Shown here piece after piece: positions 16,501-21,730 of a stretch of DNA of 21,730 bases; the first letter of the stretch is position 1; each line of letters starts with the position of its first letter. The DNA is from an uncultured Pseudomonadota bacterium (GTDB lineage: Bacteria > SAR324 > NAC60-12). The stretch spans positions 1 to 21,730 of the forward strand of contig CAJWCD010000058.1 in the NCBI GenBank assembly GCA_913020725.1. Direction: 5' to 3'. The position numbers were made by a program, and so were the translations under genes. A model generated the notes under the pieces. The model did no database searches. It saw nothing but the letters and a program-made list of their open reading frames with translations, and was not told the DNA's origin.

Positions 16501-17201
16501 ATGAACATCAAGGTGCATCTACTTGGAGCACTGGTGGACTACCTTCCGGATTCAGACCGGGGGCAGACCGTGCTCTCGCTGGAGGACAAGCGCATCGAGG
16601 TGCTGCAAATCGGCCCGGCTGGAGAAAAAATGGTGCGCTCTGCCGCCCTCATCAGCATGAGCAACCGAGCCAACGGACGCACCGGCATGGGTGCCGTGAT
16701 GGGATCGAAGAACCTTAAGGCCGTCGTCGTGCGTGGTAAGCAAAAACCCTCCGTTGCGAATCCGGATGCTTTCAAGATCCTGCAAAAGTTGGGACCGAAG
16801 ACCATGAAACCGACAGGCATGGACGAGTTTGGCAAGTACGGCACCCCCGGAGTTTGTTCGCCGCAGCACCATTCCGGAGGACTGCCGACTTACAATTTAA
16901 CAGCGGTGCTTTCGATCACCACAGGACATTAACGGCATCAAGCTCTATGACGAACGCCCGCGAGGGCATTGGACGCGAGTCCGACACGTTGCCGAAGAAA
17001 ATGTTCGACCAGCCGCTCAAGGGCGGGCGTTCCGACGGACTCGCACTCGACAAGGCCGAGTGGGATGCTGCGCTTGATGCATACTATCGCCTCTGCGAAT
17101 GGGACACCAAAACTGGCTTCCCCACCCGCAACAAGCTGGAAGCGCTCGGTTTGGGTTGGATCGTTGCCGAAAACGAGAAACTGGCGCAGGCGGTCGCCTG
17201 A
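16501..17201 (+). pseudogene. Collapsed MoaD/ThiS-like plus tungsten aldehyde:ferredoxin oxidoreductase (AOR) remnant
   Basis: [16 protein letters not shown] (MoaD/ThiS-like start) fuses at ~16585 to the AOR-internal IGPAGE...[21 protein letters not shown]...YGT...GGLPTYN. After frameshifts it jumps at ~16953 to the AOR C-terminus NAREG...DTLP...YYRLCEWD..TGFPT..KLEALGL. Confidence 0.85.
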
Positions 17202-17506
17202 TCCCAAACGGCTCCGGAGCAGTGGAGCCGATCCCACCTTGTTCCTTCAGGTTGGGCGCCGCATCGTGTCCAGCCCCTTCTCCAGCAACAGCATCTAGGC
17301 ATGACTCGTGGTTAGGAATCAATCTAAAGGATAGACTTTCTCAGAAATAACATAGTGAACTTTGATACCGTGCCCCCCCTTTTGAAAGTAGGGTTAGGAG
17401 GAATTTTGAGCCTTGCACCACCCAGAAATTCTCCTCAAGAGGTGAGAAAATCGGTGCGTTTCGCTCTGCTTATTCATGAATCTTACAACCCTAGCAGACA
17501 GGAATC

Positions 17507-18130
17507 ATGTTTTTTGAACCCATCAAGAAGAATCACGGACTCCCGAAAAATCCCTTCAACAGCTTGGTGATTCCTCGGCCCATTGGCTGGATCACCTCCC
17601 GGGATCCGGAAGGAGTGGTCAACTTGGCTCCGTACAGTTTCTTCAATGCCGTGTGCTACCGCCCTCCAACGGTGATGTTTGCCTCCGGAGCCGGAAGTGG
17701 GGAGGATGGACTGAAGGATTCACTGCGCAATGTCGAGGCAACCGGAGAATTCGTTTGTAACCTTGTGACTTGGGACACCCGCGACCAGATGAACCAGACC
17801 GCATCCGCAGTTTCCAAGGAGGTCAACGAACTAGAATTGGCGGGGCTGACCTCGCAGCCGGGTCGGATGGTGGATGTGCCTTGGGTTGCAGAAGCCCCCG
17901 TACATCTGGAGTGCAAGCACATCAAAAGTGTGGACCTGCCGAACTGGGGGAACGCAGATCGCTATGTGGTCGTCTTTGGAGAAGTCATTGGCATCCATAT
18001 CGAAGATGACCTGATCACGGAAGACGGCTTGGTGGATGTGGGGCGGATGCGTCCGCTCGGACGGTTGGGCTACAACGACTACACGGAGGTGGACTCAAAC
18101 ACAATCTTCACGATGGTGCGCCCCGACTGA
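17507..18130 (+). CDS. Flavin reductase family protein (DIM6/NTAB-like, FMN-binding split barrel)
   Basis: PRPIGWITS, NLAPYSFFN, KDSLRNVEATGEFVCN, EAPVHLEC and GRLGYNDY motifs; RBS AGGA. Confidence 0.92.
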   Translation: MFFEPIKKNHGLPKNPFNSLVIPRPIGWITSRDPEGVVNLAPYSFFNAVCYRPPTVMFASGAGSGEDGLKDSLRNVEATGEFVCNLVTWDTRDQMNQTASAVSKEVNELELAGLTSQPGRMVDVPWVAEAPVHLECKHIKSVDLPNWGNADRYVVVFGEVIGIHIEDDLITEDGLVDVGRMRPLGRLGYNDYTEVDSNTIFTMVRPD

Positions 18131-18157
18131 ACTCTCACGGACACCAATACCTAGCGA

Positions 18158-18186
18158 TTGATCCGGCTCACGGGTTTCGGTAGACT
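18158..18186 (+). promoter_or_regulatory. Putative sigma70 promoter of the tRNA gene
   Basis: TTGATC-N17-TAGACT, ending 40 bp upstream of the tRNA. Confidence 0.55.
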
Positions 18187-18225
18187 GGTGTCTTGTCTTT
18201 CCGGCTCATCCTCCTTTCTTCAGGC

Positions 18226-18302
18226 GCACCCGTAGCTCAGTTGGATAGAGCGACGGATTCCGGTTCCGTAGGCCGCAGGTTCGAATCCTGCCGGGTGCAC
18301 CA
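18226..18302 (+). tRNA. tRNA-Arg (CCG)
   Basis: Acceptor stem GCACCCG/CGGGTGC plus ACCA, D arm TAGCTCAGTTGGATAGAGC, anticodon arm ACGGA-TTCCGGT-TCCGT, T arm GCAGG-TTCGAAT-CCTGC; 77 nt with encoded CCA. Confidence 0.97.
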
Positions 18303-18412
18303 TGATATCAGTTACTTGCGGATATTCATCCGTTTTTATTCAAGTTCTACAAAGTTCTACAAACCCCAAAAAGGGGGGTAAACCAGCCCGGAAGTTCTAC
18401 ATTAGTTCTACA
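18303..18412 (+). mobile_element. Attachment-site-like junction of a tRNA-integrated element (IHF site plus four arm-type repeats)
   Basis: TATCAGTTACTTG at 18306-18318 is a perfect WATCARNNNNTTR match. AGTTCTACA occurs at 18343, 18353, 18393 and 18404. Confidence 0.6.
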
Positions 18413-18456
18413 AAAATCACCTGTTTTCCGGGTCTGCCTTGCAAATGGCATCGCCG

Positions 18457-18600
18457 TTAGCGGGTGGTGCTTCCGGGATCGTCCGTCAGCAGTTCGGCGG
18501 GATCGGTGCGGAGCGCGGTGGAGAGTCGCAACAGATTCCGCATATTTGGCTCGTTGCGCCCGGAGAGCCAGTTGGACACGGCCACCTCGTCCTTGTGGCC
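18457..18600 (-). pseudogene. XRE-family helix-turn-helix remnant (C-terminal half)
   Basis: EVAVSNWLSGRNEPNMRNLLRLSTALRTDPAELL is a typical HTH_3 recognition helix and tail; there is no credible N-terminus or start. Confidence 0.6.
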
Positions 18601-18692
18601 ACCACCAAGGCGGCGGGGGCTAAGGAAGGCGGGGTGAGGGTCCACTAGCAGCCAGAATATAGTACCCTTCCGTCTTAATTTCCATGCCTCCT

Positions 18693-19178
18693 TTATTTCA
18701 CAACACCATTTGAATAGGTGCCTTCCACATTTCCGTCTTTGTCGTATAGGATTCCATTCCAAGCTTTGTTGTCCTTGTATTCCCCGACATACTTTGCTCC
18801 ATCAGGGTAAGTCATGGTTCCCTGCCCGTGCCTCTTGCCGTCCTTGTATCCCCCGACATACTTGGTTCCATTAGGCCAAGTGTAGGTTCCCTGCCCGTGC
18901 CTCTTGCCGTCCTTGTATCCCCCGACATACTTTGCTCCATCAGGGTAAGTGTAGGTTCCCTGCCCGTGCCTCTTGCCGTCCTGCCATTCCCCGACATACT
19001 TTGCTCCATCAGGGTAAGTCATGGTTCCCTGTCCGTGCCTCTTGCCGTCCTGCCATTTCCCGACATACTTTGCTCCATCAGGTTTAGTAAGAGTTTCCTC
19101 TCCCGCAGCACTTGTCGTTTGTGCTGAAAGAATCACAGTCACTGCAATCCAGCACAGAAATTTGATTGTCTTGTTCAT
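18693..19178 (-). CDS. Exported MORN-repeat protein (161 aa)
   Basis: RBS GAGG and ATG 19178; signal peptide MNKTIKFLCWIAVTVILSAQTTSA; repeated YPDGAKYVGxW/YxDGKRHGQGT units of 23 aa. Confidence 0.9.
   Translation of the reverse strand: MNKTIKFLCWIAVTVILSAQTTSAAGEETLTKPDGAKYVGKWQDGKRHGQGTMTYPDGAKYVGEWQDGKRHGQGTYTYPDGAKYVGGYKDGKRHGQGTYTWPNGTKYVGGYKDGKRHGQGTMTYPDGAKYVGEYKDNKAWNGILYDKDGNVEGTYSNGVVK
18771..19083. repeat. 69-bp tandem repeat, ~4.5 copies, encoding the MORN units
   Basis: GACATAC anchors at 18786, 18855, 18924, 18993 and 19062, an exact 69-bp period. Long stretches such as CCGTGCCTCTTGCCGTCC are identical between copies. Confidence 0.95.
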
Positions 19179-19185
19179 AATCCTC

Positions 19186-19312
19186 ACAGGATTCTGATCA
19201 CGAGAGAGGTTGCGTTGATCGAGGGCATGGTTATAGATGAAGCGGCAGGTGAAGCCATAGTGGTAGAGCAGCGTCTCCTGCTCTTCAGCCGGCTCAAGAC
19301 GAATTGCAATAT
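19186..19312 (-). pseudogene. tnpB: tnpB 5' fragment (IS200/IS605 OrfB N-terminal HTH)
   Basis: IRLEPAEEQETLLYHYGFTCRFIYNHALDQR matches the OrfB N-terminal pattern (RLxPxxEQ...G.CRFxYNxAL). It is 85/88 nt identical to 21643-21730. Confidence 0.85.
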
Positions 19313-19343
19313 CGCCCAAGACGAAAGTGTGAGATAAAATTGA

Positions 19344-19940
19344 TTACTTACATTTTTTAGAGGTTTTCTGAATAAATTTCCAAAATAAATCTGCATCTTC
19401 TTGAAAGACTTCATCTATCCAAGATTCCTTATAGTAGTCTTCTCCTTGTGATGTTCTTAGGGATTCAAGTTCTTCATATTTAAGTTCAATAAATTTGACC
19501 GCACCTCTATCTTTATGTAAATGACTAATGAAGCATTTTCTTGTATCAGGGTTTTCTTTAAAATGTTTATGGTAATTAATAAAAAATTTATCAATCGTTT
19601 TTAAGTTACCTGTACTGTCTTCTGCTTTAGTCACTTTTAACTTAAATTGTGATGTGTCTAGATTACTATCAGCTGCTCTACCAAATATCTCAGTATAAGT
19701 TATGTTTTTTTCTATTCTGCAAATTGCCTTGATGAATTTCTTAAATTTACTTTTGCTATATTTAATATTTGTTTTTTTTGCATAATTGTAACCATTGAAA
19801 AACATTTTGCCAAGCCCAACTGTCATATTAAGTGACGTTCTGTTTTTTAAAATATCAGAACAATCACTTTTTGCGAAGATAGGATTATAAATTAAAAAGA
19901 TAAAAATCAATAGTGAAATAATCTTAAATTTAATATTCAT
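19344..19940 (-). CDS. Very AT-rich exported hypothetical protein (198 aa)
   Basis: Stop-free 597-nt ORF in DNA of roughly 25% GC by eye; RBS AAGGTG; signal peptide MNIKFKIISLLIFIFLIYNPIFA. Confidence 0.8.
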   Translation of the reverse strand: MNIKFKIISLLIFIFLIYNPIFAKSDCSDILKNRTSLNMTVGLGKMFFNGYNYAKKTNIKYSKSKFKKFIKAICRIEKNITYTEIFGRAADSNLDTSQFKLKVTKAEDSTGNLKTIDKFFINYHKHFKENPDTRKCFISHLHKDRGAVKFIELKYEELESLRTSQGEDYYKESWIDEVFQEDADLFWKFIQKTSKKCK

Positions 19941-20060
19941 AGCACCTTTATTTTCAAAATTTTTTAAATCAATTTAATATGATTTTTTTCTAGATCAATT
20001 TCCTTTCTTGGTTTAGCATTAAAAGTTAACACCAAAAATTGGTGATCATTACTTCAACAA

Positions 20061-20150
20061 CCAAACTCCCCCGCGTGCATGGAGAACACCTGTAGGATTC
20101 TTGTCTTTCATTCTGTCTTGCCCAAACTCCCCCGCGTGCATGGAGAACAC
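20061..20150 (-). CRISPR. Orphan CRISPR mini-array: two identical 29-bp type I-E-like repeats and one 32-bp spacer
   Basis: Repeats lie at 20061-20089 and 20122-20150 (minus strand GTGTTCTCCATGCACGCGGGGGAGTTTGG). The spacer at 20090-20121 reads GCAAGACAGAATGAAAGACAAGAATCCTACAG on the minus strand. The 61-bp period and the GTGTTC-C-rich...GGGG layout are typical of I-E. Confidence 0.75.
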
Positions 20151-20215
20151 CCTTCCGGGTTTAACAACTAGAATCAGTGGCTTGCGCGTTCTCCAAAAAC
20201 CTACCGGGGTTTTAA
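20151..20215 (-). promoter_or_regulatory. CRISPR leader with an IHF site and an upstream GGTAG motif
   Basis: AATCAGTGGCTTG at 20172-20184 is a perfect WATCARNNNNTTR match 22-34 bp from the first repeat. Minus-strand CGGTAGGTTTTT places GGTAG 51-55 bp from the repeat. Confidence 0.6.
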
Positions 20216-20371
20216 GGCTTGCTCTCCAATATGCGCGGTTCCGGTCTCTCCACACTTGAGGTTCCTCGGCTGAACGGTCTAATGACCACTCATATCTCCA
20301 GAGGCGTTCGCCCAAAAGGGCAGGTTCGGACGGTTTTCACCCTACCTTATATGGATCAGAGATACGGAAGC

Positions 20372-21034
20372 CTAATTCGCGTTCATCATGGCCCTCACCT
20401 CCTGTTCGGAGAAATGCACCATTACATGCTCGATTGGGGTCTTGGCCGCCATGATCCAGCTTGCCCCCGGGTGGTCCGTTTCATACTTCGTTGACATGCC
20501 AGACGTTTTTTCGTTCACGGGGAATGGCAAAATCATCAGATGCGGAGAAATGCGGACGATCTTGACCCCGGTCTTTGCGACTGTCACTTCCACCTGCATG
20601 CCTGAACCGATGTCCACCATGCCTCCCTTCACGGCCATTCCGGCCAGCATCCAGCAGAGGCCGGGTGCGGTGGGATAGGGCCGTGAGGGTTTCATCGGAT
20701 TCTTTTCCGACAAAACCTGCTTCATAAAATTCCAAGCATTTTGGTCAAGGCACATGGGGTCCGGATAGGGCAGGGGCGGCTTACCGACACGTGTGGTCCC
20801 AAAGCCACTCGCAAAGCAAACGTAGGGGCCGGTTCCGGCCCGAAGCATGATCATCTGCCCCTTCGCGTCCCAAGCATAGATGGTCGCGTCATGGGTGACG
20901 GCTGGCGGGGCCGCAGTCAAGGCGTCCGCGATCATTTTCTCCTTCCAGCCATCCCCTCCGGCATAAGCCGAATTGAAAGAGAAGGCGAACAGGGCAACAC
21001 ATGTTGTTGCAACAACGATGAGATTTTTAAACAT
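20372..21034 (-). CDS. Exported hypothetical protein (220 aa)
   Basis: RBS GAGG and ATG 21034; signal peptide ending SAYA. The motifs ALTAAP, LRAGTGPYVC, PMCLD, PGLCWMLAG and PHLMI recall a recurrent family of uncharacterised secreted proteins. Confidence 0.82.
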   Translation of the reverse strand: MFKNLIVVATTCVALFAFSFNSAYAGGDGWKEKMIADALTAAPPAVTHDATIYAWDAKGQMIMLRAGTGPYVCFASGFGTTRVGKPPLPYPDPMCLDQNAWNFMKQVLSEKNPMKPSRPYPTAPGLCWMLAGMAVKGGMVDIGSGMQVEVTVAKTGVKIVRISPHLMILPFPVNEKTSGMSTKYETDHPGASWIMAAKTPIEHVMVHFSEQEVRAMMNAN

Positions 21035-21185
21035 TTTTCCTCTTTTCAAAACGATTGATAAAAAAACTAATGATTCCAGAAACGATCCGCGATCCATATC
21101 GCTGCCGTTCCGGAAAATCAGGTCTGGGCAGAAGGGGCTTGCTTCAGGATCACCCCTCTCTCAACGCCTAGATCAGCAGATGCTA

Positions 21186-21730
21186 TCACTCCTTCTCTGC
21201 GAATGTCAATATGTTCTTCGCAGCATTGACATCCGCGTTCTCCTTGTGTCCACACTTCTGACACAAGAACTTGGCTTGCGTTTCTCTGTTCGCCTTTTCA
21301 ACATGCCTGCATTTTGAGCAAGTTTGGCTTGTGTACTTGGGGTCAACCTTGACCACCTCTCCTCCTCTCCACTCAGCCTTGTACTCCAACTGACTGACAA
21401 GCTGGCCCCAGCCTCTCTTAAGAATCTCACGGTTGAGTCCGGATTTCTGCGCGACATTGGTTCCGGGTTCCTCTTCAGTCCCTGATGCCGAGGCAGTCAT
21501 GCCCTTGATGTTGAGGTTCTCCACCGCAATCCTCCCAAAGCCGGAAGTGATCAGATGGGTGATCTCATGGTGCATGGACTCCCGGCCTCTCTGTCTGCCA
21601 CCCGCTTCTCCCACATCTCCAGCAGTGCAGGGACAGGGTTGGGATCACGCGAGAGGTTGCGTTGATCGAGGGCGAGGTTATAGATGAAGCGGCAGGTGAA
21701 GCCATAGTGGTAGAGCAGCGTCTCCTGCTC
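21186..21730 (-). pseudogene. tnpB: IS200/IS605-family tnpB with a large out-of-frame internal deletion; runs off the window
   Basis: The N-terminal HTH (EQETLLYHYGFTCRFIYNLALDQR) joins out of frame at ~21585 to the C-terminal part. That part contains RuvC-II IAVENL, KSGLNREIL, YTSQTCSKC...CQKCG (Zn finger) and RuvC-III NADVNAAKNI. RuvC-I is missing. Confidence 0.9.

Noticed and set aside
17248..17294. Minus-strand coding-like snippet MLLLEKGLDTMRRPT*
   Set aside because: Too short to assign; possibly another gene tail but unsupported.
18771..19083. CRISPR array or DGR template/variable repeat
   Set aside because: The units are contiguous in-frame 23-codon coding repeats with no spacers, and no reverse transcriptase is in view.
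20090..20121. Self-targeting by the spacer (TCTTGTCTTTC also at 18191-18201; AGGATTCT at 19188-19195)
   Set aside because: The matches are only 8-11 nt, within chance expectation for a 21.7-kb window.
20183..20211. Third CRISPR repeat one period beyond repeat 2
   Set aside because: The sequence does not match in the same orientation and fits a leader better.
20254..20303. Glycine-riboswitch-like string (CTCTGGAGA, 9-bp stem TGAGTGGTC/GACCGTTCA, GCCGA) on the minus strand
   Set aside because: There is no GAAG-P3a-CTCAGG segment, no second aptamer and no suitable downstream gene; only the hairpin is supportable.
20049..20315. 88-aa ORF across the leader and array
   Set aside because: TTG start, no RBS and no recognisable motif; it overlaps the CRISPR repeats.
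21110..21190. Intact IS200/IS605 right end or omega-RNA
   Set aside because: Only a partial hairpin (AGGGGT...GCCCCT) is visible; a complete subterminal hairpin and terminal tetranucleotide could not be identified by eye.
21186..21614. Functional mini-TnpB/Cas12f-like nuclease (142-aa ORF)
   Set aside because: RuvC-I and the wedge/recognition regions are deleted, and the N-terminus is out of frame.

Overview
This is a GC-rich bacterial chromosomal window, roughly 58-60% GC by eye. The gene content would fit a marine heterotroph such as SAR324, but that is only an inference. From left to right it holds: the right end of an IS3-family element abutting the last codons of an ALDH7-type aldehyde dehydrogenase; a small ribbon-helix-helix gene; an exported hypothetical protein; a split TPP-dependent sulfopyruvate/phosphonopyruvate decarboxylase (comD/comE-like); a DUF1326-DUF2182 pair behind a promoter with a C12 tract; and a collapsed isocitrate lyase pseudogene. 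Next is an ~10 kb minus-strand catabolic operon (Liv-type ABC transporter, an alkaline-phosphatase-superfamily hydrolase, hydantoinase/oxoprolinase A and B), followed by an AAA-ATPase pseudogene, a MoaD/AOR pseudogene, a flavin reductase and tRNA-Arg(CCG). An accessory island starts at the tRNA 3' end, marked by an IHF site and four arm-like repeats. It carries an XRE remnant, a MORN-repeat exported protein, two tnpB relics, a very AT-rich gene and another exported protein. It also carries an orphan one-spacer CRISPR mini-array with a non-canonical type I-E-like repeat, an apparently intact leader and no cas genes in view. The most interesting signals are the mini-array and its leader within the tnpB-bracketed cargo, the poly-C promoter, and the uncharacterised catabolic operon. 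All family calls come from motif recognition; no searches were run.
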